This document shows, in pieces, positions 50,149-59,313 of a stretch of 64,000 bases of DNA. The stretch is from positions 248,001 to 312,000 of IMG/VR virus record IMGVR_UViG_3300028920_000001; one strand, written 5' to 3'. The translations under genes and the position numbers were made by a program. Under the pieces are notes generated by a model. That model searched no databases, was not told where the DNA came from, and saw only the letters and a list, made by a program, of their open reading frames with translations. Each line of letters starts with the position of its first letter. Within the stretch, counting starts at the first letter, position 1.

Positions 50149-50901
50149 ATGCGGAGCAGAGTTGCGTTTGTAGACGATCAAGTTATGGCGAAGGACTATG
50201 CCACGGGTGACATCGTGCGCAAAGTCAATTTCCGTGACTATTTTCAAACTCCGTATGCCGGTCGTGTCATTTATTCTAACCCGAAGACTGGAAAAGTCCA
50301 GGTTCAATGGCCTTGGGGAGCTGAACAGGAGTCTCCAACCGAATTGATTCGGGAAATCAATCCGAAGTTTGTTCCTCCGATCGCCTTGAATCAATGGTAT
50401 TCTACTTGGGAGGGTTCTCGTCTAATCAATGACAAGGACCTTCTCAAGGAAGAAGATAAATGGCGTAAGTCCCTTACTGCTTCTACCGTTCAAATTATTA
50501 CCAAGCATGAACAAAATACCATGCCGGTGTGGCGGCATGCTTGTAAGGCTTGGCATAATGGTTTAGATGAGGTTGAAGCTTTCCGGATTCTTTCTTTCCA
50601 ATTTGGAGAGGAATTCGGTGACGAAACAATCAGATTAACTATTTCTAATCTCTATAATCTCGGACGTCGAACTAAACTAGCGATTTATTGGAAAGATAAT
50701 ACTCGTCGATATAAAGTTACGAAGAAAGAAAAAGAAACTGGGAAATTAAAGTGTCCGCGTTGCAGTGGAACTCGGATGAAGCCGCGAGTTTATCGACAAG
50801 GCAAAAAATTGATTCAGTGTCGTGATTGTGGTTTTTCAATTTCTCCGAAAGATTTGATTTGGCCCTCTGAGACAATTACTGATATTGAAGATGATGAATA
50901 A
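50149..50901 (+). CDS. Head-cluster protein with C-terminal zinc ribbon
   Basis: CPRC...CRDCG. Confidence 0.7.
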   Translation: MRSRVAFVDDQVMAKDYATGDIVRKVNFRDYFQTPYAGRVIYSNPKTGKVQVQWPWGAEQESPTELIREINPKFVPPIALNQWYSTWEGSRLINDKDLLKEEDKWRKSLTASTVQIITKHEQNTMPVWRHACKAWHNGLDEVEAFRILSFQFGEEFGDETIRLTISNLYNLGRRTKLAIYWKDNTRRYKVTKKEKETGKLKCPRCSGTRMKPRVYRQGKKLIQCRDCGFSISPKDLIWPSETITDIEDDE

Positions 50902-50903
50902 AT

Positions 50904-51413
50904 TTAAGATTCCATAATCATTTGGACATCCATCAGTTCCTGAGCTGCACAAATCACTCCATCCCATTCCCATTGATTATGCCAATGGGTAGTGATTTTT
51001 CTTGAGATCGGCCTATTTTCTATAGGTCCTTTATCAATATTATGCTGTCCAAACTGTCGACAGGCAAATTGAGTAGCCGCAGCTATAATTATACGAGTTC
51101 TGAACATTTCGAATGACCAGTGTTGGTTATAATTTTTGAGATTAAAATACATAGTATTTTTATCTTCGGATTTGAGATCCATACTGAAGACTAATACTAT
51201 TTGATTATAATAACCCATCCGATCTAAGGTCTCAAACTGTTTTTCTTCAAATTTATGAACTTTTAACTGAATGTTTTCTAAATTTGGAACTGGTTGAATT
51301 TGTCCTTTGCTATCTTGGATTTCAATATATTTCTTCACTTTCTTTTTAGACCGTTCCCATCTTCCTCCGATGGTACTTCGGCGGTCTGGATGAGCTCCTC
51401 GGATTCGAGGCAT
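50904..51413 (-). CDS. Hypothetical protein ending VQMIMES, antisense within the head operon
   Basis: GTAATAT-N5-ATG upstream; shared C-terminal motif. Confidence 0.65.
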   Translation of the reverse strand: MPRIRGAHPDRRSTIGGRWERSKKKVKKYIEIQDSKGQIQPVPNLENIQLKVHKFEEKQFETLDRMGYYNQIVLVFSMDLKSEDKNTMYFNLKNYNQHWSFEMFRTRIIIAAATQFACRQFGQHNIDKGPIENRPISRKITTHWHNQWEWDGVICAAQELMDVQMIMES

Positions 51414-51464
51414 GGATAATATTACATCTCAGAATTTTGATAATGAATCATATGCAGGGAATTT

Positions 51465-54224
51465 ATGGCCTTCAAGCGTAAAGCAAATGCTATAGTTTCA
51501 AAATCTGACATCCATTTCGAAGAATGGATGGATGAAATTCGTAAAAATAATGAAGGGGCCGTTCCTAAGGATTACGTAGGACGAGTTGCTAAAGACGTTC
51601 TTCGTAAATGTGACCCGAATAAATATTTACTGTCTCATGCCACTATAGTCGCATCAGTTGATGTGTATGCCCCTCAGGGCGTCAAGACTGGCAAGATGAC
51701 AGATAATCGGGGAATGGAAATTGAGGTTAAGTGGCCTGAATATCGAATTAAGCCTGAATGTCAAGAATTGATCAATAATAATGGAGATGCTTGGGAAAGA
51801 TCTTTACTGTTATCGACATATCGGACCTTTATTGGGGCTCCGAACTATTTAGAGCATATACAAATCCCAGAATTATCCAAGGGATTTATTGTTGATGCGA
51901 TTGCTCGAGACCTTGGTAATACTTGTTATATTGATATTCTGGTTGGTACTGATCGCAAACATAATGTACTTATTCAGGATATTTTATCTAACAAGTTAAA
52001 TGCGATGAGTATGGGGTGCTTTGTTGCTGGTACTAAAGTTACTTTAGCAGATGGCTCCATGATTTCTATTGAAGATATTAGACCTGACATGCATGTTTTC
52101 TCTCAAAAGGGGAATGCTTGTCGAGTAAAGAATTTACAAATCCGAGAAAATCGATGGGGGATGTGTGAAATTAAGACAACTGGTCATTTTAAGTTGTCTT
52201 GCACTGATAATCATAAATGGTATGCAGTTCCTAGAGAAGAGGTTGAATATCGATCTACTTATAGGAAGAATCAAGTTCCGATAAATAAAGACTATGGATT
52301 TGAATATCGTGAAGCTGGTGATTTGAAAGTTGGTGATATAGTCGCTTTCCCGATTCCTCAAAAGGTTGTTGAGACTGATATATCAGAATCTGATGCTAGG
52401 TTAATCGGTATTTTTGCTGCTGATGGGTGGAAGTTTGAAAATACTCATGATTCTACTATTGGTTTAGGTTTTTGTTTGAATAGATTTGAATCTCAAACGA
52501 TTAATGACGTTGTTAATAAGATAGAACAAATCATGTGGTTGTCTGGGGAAAACCGGATGACTGCAAATGGGCATTCTTGTAATCGTTCGGTTAATTCTTC
52601 GATTCGGAGAAATGCTTGTTATTTAACATCAACTAGTCGTAAAGCTAGAAATCTGATTGATGAATTTGTGCATGGCAGAACAGCCAAGACTAAGATTTTT
52701 GATGAAGCGGTTTTGTGCTGGCCTAAGAATTTACAAAAGGCTCTTTTATCAGGTTATGTTGATGGGGATGGATCGGTTTCAACGGCTAAAAGGAAAACTA
52801 AGAATCTTCATATTAGTAGCAGAAATCCTGATTTGATTAATCAACTGAGGTTAATTGCAGCCCGTTGTGGATTGATTACTACTATAAGCAAAGCGAAAAG
52901 AAAAGGTACTAAATTAGTTCCCGGTGGAGCTGGGGTTGACTATCAGCTTCGATTTATGAATAATGGTGTTAATCAAATCAATGCTAATAAACTAAATGAT
53001 ATTGAAATTAAAGAAAGTCTAGTTGGTTTAAATAAACGATGGATCACTGATAAATATATTTATACTACTGTTGAATCAATTCGAAGATTTGATTATGATG
53101 GATTTGTATATGATATGGAGGTTGAGGGAGACCATTCATATACAGTGAATGGTATCGGGGTGTCTAATTGTGTGTCGTTATTTACGATTTGCACCCATTG
53201 TGGCAATGTAGCTATTGATGATACTCAATTTTGTAGTCATGTTGCATATGATGGAAAGAACTCTGAATTTATCGATGAGAATGGCCAGAAGCATCGACTA
53301 GCAGAATTGATTGGTCACACTACAGTTCCTAATAGTAATCAATTTATCGAGGCTTCTTGGGTTCGAGCTCCAGCATTTTCTGGTGCCCAGCGTAGGAATG
53401 TGTTAAACGCTGAGATGCCAACTATCGCTACTAAGATTGAAGCTGCCGGTAAGATTTATGAAATTAAGTGCAGCCAGGATGAATTGGAAGGTATTTTAAG
53501 AGCCGCGTCGATTGATCCGAAGTTAAATGTGTTGCATACAGCCCAAGATGAAGAGGATGATGCAGCCGGATCTGCTTTAGATGAGCTTATGGGTGGTGGG
53601 GACGAAGAAGCAAAGCCGGAAGATAAAGATGAAGAGGTTAAAGCTGAGGCTGAAAAAGATAAAGCTGAAGCTGAAACTGAAGGTGGGGAAGAAACTCCGG
53701 CAGAACCGGCTAAGCCCAAGATTGATAAATTGGTAGAAAAAGCTCAGGAACAGCTATTACAGACGATTGTTAATGATTTGAGTGAACGTTTAGCTCCTAA
53801 ACCTGAAGATGTTGGGGTTGCAATTCCCGGTATTGAGGAAGCTAGTTATAATGATAATCTAGTTCGAGCATCTCAATTTGATAAGAGGCTCCAATCTATA
53901 TTTAAGGATTATCCCAAGATTGTCAAATGGGCATCTCGGGTTAATAGATTGATTCATCTCGGTGGTCGAGATGCTATCAAGAGAGCAGGATATACTCCTT
54001 CAGATCTGATAGTTTTTTCATGGATAAATGATACTGTTAGATCTAAGGTTTATCCACCGGGTCTATATAAACTTGCCATGAAGATTGGTCCAATCAATTC
54101 TTTCCCTAGCGAAACTTCTTATTTCGCTGCGTGTCAAATTGATTTGAACCGTCCTCTGGTCCCTGGCGAGAAGAGATTCCTTCGGCAGAAGGGTCGAATC
54201 GCGTCGCTGTCCACCAAATTTTAA
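51465..54224 (+). CDS. Probable prohead maturation protease containing an intein
   Basis: NNNGDAW, YRTFIGAPNYLEH, SKGFIVDA, SMG|C, FIEASWV..PAF; lies before scaffold and MCP. Confidence 0.7.
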   Translation: MAFKRKANAIVSKSDIHFEEWMDEIRKNNEGAVPKDYVGRVAKDVLRKCDPNKYLLSHATIVASVDVYAPQGVKTGKMTDNRGMEIEVKWPEYRIKPECQELINNNGDAWERSLLLSTYRTFIGAPNYLEHIQIPELSKGFIVDAIARDLGNTCYIDILVGTDRKHNVLIQDILSNKLNAMSMGCFVAGTKVTLADGSMISIEDIRPDMHVFSQKGNACRVKNLQIRENRWGMCEIKTTGHFKLSCTDNHKWYAVPREEVEYRSTYRKNQVPINKDYGFEYREAGDLKVGDIVAFPIPQKVVETDISESDARLIGIFAADGWKFENTHDSTIGLGFCLNRFESQTINDVVNKIEQIMWLSGENRMTANGHSCNRSVNSSIRRNACYLTSTSRKARNLIDEFVHGRTAKTKIFDEAVLCWPKNLQKALLSGYVDGDGSVSTAKRKTKNLHISSRNPDLINQLRLIAARCGLITTISKAKRKGTKLVPGGAGVDYQLRFMNNGVNQINANKLNDIEIKESLVGLNKRWITDKYIYTTVESIRRFDYDGFVYDMEVEGDHSYTVNGIGVSNCVSLFTICTHCGNVAIDDTQFCSHVAYDGKNSEFIDENGQKHRLAELIGHTTVPNSNQFIEASWVRAPAFSGAQRRNVLNAEMPTIATKIEAAGKIYEIKCSQDELEGILRAASIDPKLNVLHTAQDEEDDAAGSALDELMGGGDEEAKPEDKDEEVKAEAEKDKAEAETEGGEETPAEPAKPKIDKLVEKAQEQLLQTIVNDLSERLAPKPEDVGVAIPGIEEASYNDNLVRASQFDKRLQSIFKDYPKIVKWASRVNRLIHLGGRDAIKRAGYTPSDLIVFSWINDTVRSKVYPPGLYKLAMKIGPINSFPSETSYFAACQIDLNRPLVPGEKRFLRQKGRIASLSTKF
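52017..53168 (+). mobile_element. Intein (384 aa) with LAGLIDADG endonuclease
   Basis: Starts CFVAGT; block B TDNHKW; LIGIFAADG and LLSGYVDGDG; ends VYDMEVEGDHSY..NGIGVSN, followed by Cys+1. Confidence 0.93.
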
Positions 54225-54266
54225 GGCATTGATAAGCGGATATCCTAATAGGAGGCATTTGTAACA

Positions 54267-55535
54267 ATGACTCGTCGTCGAAGCACTTGGCAGCAGCCGA
54301 AACCCACTTCTCATCAGGCAGCCACAAGTCGTAAAGCAGAAGATATTTACGACATGAATCAGGAGCATCCGCAACCCTCCGCAACGGAGTATGAGAGCGG
54401 AAGCCCCGATAGTTGGGCTGAAACTCCTACCACCAATAAGAACGTGGAAGGTGATTACGATGGTGATCACGTGAAGCGTAATGAGGTTGGCTTAGGTGAA
54501 CTCCGGGATGATACCTGGAGTCACAAAGATGCCGATCGGTGGAATGGTGGCGGCAAATATGACAATCAGGGTAAGTTAGCGGCCAAAAAGGCTTCGTTAG
54601 CTGAGCGGATTGCTCATGCCACGCTTCGAACCGATAATAAGGATCTGGTCACTCAGCAGGCGGCAGATTTAATGAATCTGCCAATTAAGGTCCTGGCTGC
54701 TACCGCTGAGCGGATGAATAAGGTATCCCCGGATGCCTTGGACAAAGAGCGGAAGTATCGTCGGGCTTTGGCTTGCTGCAAGCTGAGCGCCAACATTCTC
54801 GGTGAGACGGCCACTGAGGAGCAAGTTGAGCGGTTAGCACAGACCATCATGACGATCGATGATCCTACTCTCAAGTCGATTTTGAAGATATCGGCTGAGG
54901 TTCGGACAGCCGAGTGCAATTGTCCTCCTGGTGAGTGCACTTGTGACGACAAGACTGCTGGTGAGTTAAAGCCTCCGATGGGAGAAGGTGAAGAAGAATC
55001 CGAAGAGGAGACTGCAGCTGCTAAGTGCATGGGTGCTGACGACGAGAAGAAGCTCGAGGAAATGCTTCCTGAGCAAAGAGAAGAGACAGGATGTCTGGTT
55101 CCGGTCGCACCTGCTCCAGCACCTGCTTTGACCGAGATGTTTGAAGAGGCTCCGGCCCCAGCCGCACCGGTCATGTCTCCTCCAGTTCCGGCGGGACCTG
55201 TTGCCCCCGCGACTGCTACTGATTCTCCGGAAATCACTTTCGATGATGAATCGGACATCACCTTTGATGAGCCGGAGGAGCCTTCCGCCATGACTGCTAC
55301 TGATCAGCAGGAATTGTCGGCTCTCTTTGATGATGACGAAGAGGTTCAGGCCCAGCGTCAAATTCAGGCATCTGAGCAAGAGCAGAAAGCTCGTGAGCTC
55401 GGTAACTATGGTCCACACCCGGCTGCACGTACTGCCTCTGATGGTGCCAAGAAGCTTGGTGCTGTGACTCGCACTGCGTCCAATAAGGATGAAGACGAAC
55501 TTGCGGCTCTTTGGGCCGGAAACGAACTCGCATAA
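54267..55535 (+). CDS. Probable capsid scaffolding protein
   Basis: Acidic, Pro/Ala-rich, many R/K-T-A sites; GGAGG SD; between protease and capsid genes. Confidence 0.65.
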   Translation: MTRRRSTWQQPKPTSHQAATSRKAEDIYDMNQEHPQPSATEYESGSPDSWAETPTTNKNVEGDYDGDHVKRNEVGLGELRDDTWSHKDADRWNGGGKYDNQGKLAAKKASLAERIAHATLRTDNKDLVTQQAADLMNLPIKVLAATAERMNKVSPDALDKERKYRRALACCKLSANILGETATEEQVERLAQTIMTIDDPTLKSILKISAEVRTAECNCPPGECTCDDKTAGELKPPMGEGEEESEEETAAAKCMGADDEKKLEEMLPEQREETGCLVPVAPAPAPALTEMFEEAPAPAAPVMSPPVPAGPVAPATATDSPEITFDDESDITFDEPEEPSAMTATDQQELSALFDDDEEVQAQRQIQASEQEQKARELGNYGPHPAARTASDGAKKLGAVTRTASNKDEDELAALWAGNELA

Positions 55536-55748
55536 TGACTACGGTTCTACCTAACGGGGAACCACCACAAATACCAGAGCAAATATATAAACTGGGTTCA
55601 GTAACCGGAGGTTTTGGGTCAGATTTGATTTGATGATATTGGAAGGAGAGACGATTTCGCGGTTCGCCGGACTTGAAATTATCTCCTGAAGAGATTCGAA
55701 GAATACAGATTTGATTCTAAACTCAACGAAACTGGAGAATTATTAATC

Positions 55749-56423
55749 ATGGGATCCATCGGCGGACAGAGCTCGGGTGACTTTACGCTCACCCAGGGTG
55801 CGCTGCGTATCCTGTACTCGGTCATTAAGGGAGACACCATTCCCGATTTGGCTGAGGACGCGTTCACGCAGAACAACCCAAATGTCATAACGACCGCCAT
55901 TGCTGTCTCAACCACTCTTCCCACGAATGTGAAGAAGGGCGTGTTGGGTGGCTCGGTGGCGTTTGTTCGCCCGGACATCGGTGAGAATACCGTCGGTGGC
56001 GCGGTCCAAGTTGCTGCGGCTTATGTCGCAAAGACCCGCCCTCTCGGTTTGTTCCTCAATGATGCTCTGGGTAACGCAAATGAAAACACCCCCGGTGTGG
56101 GGTCTGGCAAGGGACCGTTCCTTCGCGGTGGCGCAGCTGGCGTGAAGATCTACGAGACCCAACTGCAAACCACGGTCAGTGGTGGTGCGGTTGGTGATCC
56201 GATCACTTACGCGGTGGGCGATCGCCTTTATGCCAGTGTCAACGGCCTGCTTACGAACGTGTGGCAGGATTCGTACGAGACGCAGTGGATTACGACAGCT
56301 ACCACCGGTTCCGGTGTTGCTGGCGCCGCCATTGAGCCGGACGTCACCTGCATGGGTGTGGTCCTTTCACCTCCAGATTCTGCTTCGGCAGAGATCTTCT
56401 TCGAAGTTGCTTTCCTCCCGTGA
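55749..56423 (+). CDS. Capsid decoration / minor capsid protein
   Basis: Immediately upstream of MCP; PLGLF.ND, YET, YAVGD.LYAS.NGLLT. Confidence 0.7.
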   Translation: MGSIGGQSSGDFTLTQGALRILYSVIKGDTIPDLAEDAFTQNNPNVITTAIAVSTTLPTNVKKGVLGGSVAFVRPDIGENTVGGAVQVAAAYVAKTRPLGLFLNDALGNANENTPGVGSGKGPFLRGGAAGVKIYETQLQTTVSGGAVGDPITYAVGDRLYASVNGLLTNVWQDSYETQWITTATTGSGVAGAAIEPDVTCMGVVLSPPDSASAEIFFEVAFLP

Positions 56424-56456
56424 GGGCGCTAGAAGGAATGAAAGGGCAAATTAGTC

Positions 56457-57350
56457 ATGGCTAACCCTTACGGCGTTCAGGTTGTTGACAACACGATCAA
56501 GGAGAGGATCGCTGAGAAGTGGATCAGCACGTCTCCTGGTCGCAAGCGCATTGCCGCTTCAATGATCCAACCGCTCCGCGAGCGGAGGGATTACTCATCT
56601 GTTGGACGTAAGACCTTCTTGGTCGAGCAGATTCCTGATGGAGCTCTCGCGATTTACGACAAGGATCCGGACGTTACGGCGTACGTGATCGGTGAAGAGG
56701 GTAACAGCATCACGGCCGTAATGAAGCCGCGTCGCGTTATCTTCCCGTTGTTCGAGATTGCGGCTCTCCCCAAGGCTCCTCTGACTCAGATCAAGGAGCG
56801 TCGGTACGACCTGCTCAAGCGTATGCAGGACCTCGGTAAGGCTCAGGTCCAGGCTGCTGAGGACGATCGCGTTTTCAGCATCATGGATGCGATTGCCATT
56901 AACGGGTTCGATTCGCTTGCGGGTCAGACCAACCCGGATATTCCGGTGGTGGCGCCGATTTCGCCGGCCATCCTTGCGGATGCGTTCGCCGAGATCGAGT
57001 TCCACGATCTGCGTGTTGCTCGCGTTTACATGAACGCGAAGGATTACGCAGACATCCGGAAGTTCGGCCGCGACGTGCTCGACATCGAGAGTCAGGCCGT
57101 CCTGTGGAAGACTGGAATGATGGCTACTGGTTGGAACGCCCAGTTCATCGTTTCCCGTCTCGTGCCGCAGGGTGTGGTCTACTGTTGCTGTGAGCCCGAG
57201 ATGTTCGGACGGATTCCGGTTCGTACCGAGCTCACGGTTCTGAGCGCGGATAACCCTGAGGAACGTACCATTGGTTTCTCGATGTTCGAGAATCTGGGCA
57301 TCGGCGCCTATAATCCTAGGGGTCTGGTGCGCCTCATTGTGACGCGGTAA
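56457..57350 (+). CDS. Major capsid protein (HK97-like fold)
   Basis: 297 aa; QAAEDDRVF, VYMNAKDYADIRKF, VSRLVPQG, ENLGIGAYNPRG; strong codon bias; position. Confidence 0.85.
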   Translation: MANPYGVQVVDNTIKERIAEKWISTSPGRKRIAASMIQPLRERRDYSSVGRKTFLVEQIPDGALAIYDKDPDVTAYVIGEEGNSITAVMKPRRVIFPLFEIAALPKAPLTQIKERRYDLLKRMQDLGKAQVQAAEDDRVFSIMDAIAINGFDSLAGQTNPDIPVVAPISPAILADAFAEIEFHDLRVARVYMNAKDYADIRKFGRDVLDIESQAVLWKTGMMATGWNAQFIVSRLVPQGVVYCCCEPEMFGRIPVRTELTVLSADNPEERTIGFSMFENLGIGAYNPRGLVRLIVTR

Positions 57351-57355
57351 CGCAC

Positions 57356-57419
57356 TTCCAACGTCCTTTTCGGCCCGGTTGGCTATTTCAGGCCTTCCGG
57401 GCCGAAGAGTGTTTGGGAA
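57356..57419 (+). terminator. Long GC-rich hairpin ending the capsid operon
   Basis: ttcggcccgg / ccgggccgaa core stem with imperfect extension; weak U-tract. Confidence 0.6.
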
Positions 57420-57445
57420 TGTAAAGAAAAGCCGTAAGAAAATAC

Positions 57446-57475
57446 TTGACTTTTGTTATTAATGTTTGTTATACT
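57446..57475 (+). promoter_or_regulatory. Near-consensus sigma-70 promoter, leaderless
   Basis: TTGACT-N18-TATACT with extended TG, 5 nt before ATG 57481. Confidence 0.75.
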
Positions 57476-57480
57476 TATTA

Positions 57481-57630
57481 ATGTTTGTGATTGAAGAAAC
57501 TAAAATATGCTATCAATGCGGAGGTGAATTTCCGATATCTGTAGATGAGATTGATCCGGAAACTCAGACATCTACGGCTGAGCATATGGAACAAGGTGAT
57601 GACATTTTATCTATGATTCAAGAAGCCTAA
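57481..57630 (+). CDS. 49-aa protein with CxxC, absent from the ORF track
   Basis: MFVIEETKICYQCGGEF...ILSMIQEA; directly behind the promoter. Confidence 0.55.
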   Translation: MFVIEETKICYQCGGEFPISVDEIDPETQTSTAEHMEQGDDILSMIQEA

Positions 57631-57756
57631 CTTTGGAATTTTTTCATATTGTATAATTCGTTGTGTATACCCCTGGGTAAAATTAGTCCCTCAAGATGCT
57701 TGGTCGAAGCACTAGGCTTTGAATCCTCCATTTAATTAGATTTCGGAGGATCTATC

Positions 57757-58302
57757 ATGAAAGTTGGGGAATTAATTTCTGAGCTTCAAAAATTTGATTC
57801 TGAAGCTGAAGTAGGTTGTGGTCTTTCCAAGCTTTCAGGATGGGCTCAGAAAATTGATGATGTTTTAATGTCTGAAGAGGGCATTGTTTTTATTAATATG
57901 GGGCGTGAAACTATTGGTGAAAATGAATTAACGCTTGCGTCTACCAAAGTAAATCTTTCTAAAATTGCTTCGAGAATTGCCGCTGTTGAAGGATTGGAAG
58001 ATCCTTGGACTGATATTTCAGAAGAAGTTAAGCGGATTCTTGAAAGTAAAGGCGCAGATCTTGAAGAAGATCAACGTGCTGCAGAACAATTTGTTGATCT
58101 AATTTTGAATTATGCTGATATGAGTCTTGGTCCTCATTCTTCAGAGGATATGGCCCCCATTGAAGCATTTGAGGCCGGGCTGCGTATGAAGCAGCCTGTG
58201 TATCATACAGTAGATCCATTTAATCCTGAAGATGAGCATTATTATTTTGAGGAAGCTTCCAAGGATGCATTTTTAAGGGCTCTTCAGGGAGAAGCTGAGT
58301 GA
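57757..58302 (+). CDS. Leader-array protein 1 (internal VNLSKIASRIAA)
   Basis: GGAGG SD; motif at 57949-57984. Confidence 0.75.
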   Translation: MKVGELISELQKFDSEAEVGCGLSKLSGWAQKIDDVLMSEEGIVFINMGRETIGENELTLASTKVNLSKIASRIAAVEGLEDPWTDISEEVKRILESKGADLEEDQRAAEQFVDLILNYADMSLGPHSSEDMAPIEAFEAGLRMKQPVYHTVDPFNPEDEHYYFEEASKDAFLRALQGEAE

Positions 58303-58619
58303 TGAATCTCTCCAAGATTGCCTCGAGAATCGCTGCGGCTAATACTGCATACCGAGTTATTACTGATGAGCCGGTAGGCATTACTATCGGATTTGAACCT
58401 AAAGGTTTTGAATATGATGAATTTCAAATTCAATCTGATGATGGTGGAGATAATGTTTATATTCAAGAAGATGGAGAAACTTTAATCATTTCTAAGGACC
58501 CTAATCTTAATGGTGAATTTCCTGAACCTGATTTATTAATCTGGCGCACTCCAGATGAATTTAAGAGTTGGATTGCAGAGATGGATGAAGAGGAAGAGAT
58601 GGATGAAAAGGAAGAATAA
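58302..58619 (+). CDS. Leader-array protein 2 (MNLSKIASRIAA)
   Basis: TGATG coupling; acidic. Confidence 0.75.
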   Translation: MNLSKIASRIAAANTAYRVITDEPVGITIGFEPKGFEYDEFQIQSDDGGDNVYIQEDGETLIISKDPNLNGEFPEPDLLIWRTPDEFKSWIAEMDEEEEMDEKEE

Positions 58620-59305
58620 TGAATCTTTTTAGGATTGCCTCTCGAATAGCCAATATTACTAATTTTAAATCATTTAAATATGATATTGGTGATGAACGAG
58701 CTTTTGGACGGTTAGAATTTGAAGCTGATACCCCTAAGGGTGCTCTTAAGTATGAAGCTAACATAAATACTGATGGTGAGATGGAAGACGAAAAAGCAAT
58801 TTTAGACGGCGAACCTGTTGAATTGGATTTGGGTATTAATCTTCCTCATTATTATAAAATTGACCCTGAGTTTTGGACTTACACGGAGGAAGAGGCGGAA
58901 GAACATAGGGAAGAACAGCCTTCGGATGAAGAAGCTAAACAAATTGTGACCGAAGCTATAGATTATTGGATTAGCTCAGGGGCTGAGACTGGTAAGCCCT
59001 ATCAAGAAGGGGATGAACCTAGGTTGCCTCATAAAGTTTCTGAATCACAAATGAATGCTTGGAATGAGATGAGGAGTCAAATCAATAAAGCTCTTAGATC
59101 TGTTCAAAAGGATGATATCGAAAGTGGAATTGAGTCGCTGGAGGCGGCTAAAGAAAAAGCTTCATCGAATATGATTAAAAAAATTGATCAAGCGATTGAG
59201 ATGGTAAAATCAGATTCTGAAAAATCAAAAGCAGTGATATATAATTTATGGAATCGAGGAGTTGGTGGTTCCATTACAGATTGGATTTCTGAATCTATCG
59301 TATAA
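58619..59305 (+). CDS. Leader-array protein 3 (MNLFRIASRIAN)
   Basis: TAATG coupling; acidic. Confidence 0.75.
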   Translation: MNLFRIASRIANITNFKSFKYDIGDERAFGRLEFEADTPKGALKYEANINTDGEMEDEKAILDGEPVELDLGINLPHYYKIDPEFWTYTEEEAEEHREEQPSDEEAKQIVTEAIDYWISSGAETGKPYQEGDEPRLPHKVSESQMNAWNEMRSQINKALRSVQKDDIESGIESLEAAKEKASSNMIKKIDQAIEMVKSDSEKSKAVIYNLWNRGVGGSITDWISESIV

Positions 59306-59313
59306 TTGGAGGA

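Noticed and set aside
54063-57005. Long antisense ORFs over the scaffold and capsid genes
   Set aside because: Best explained as shadows of GC-rich biased codons; no motifs or initiation signals.
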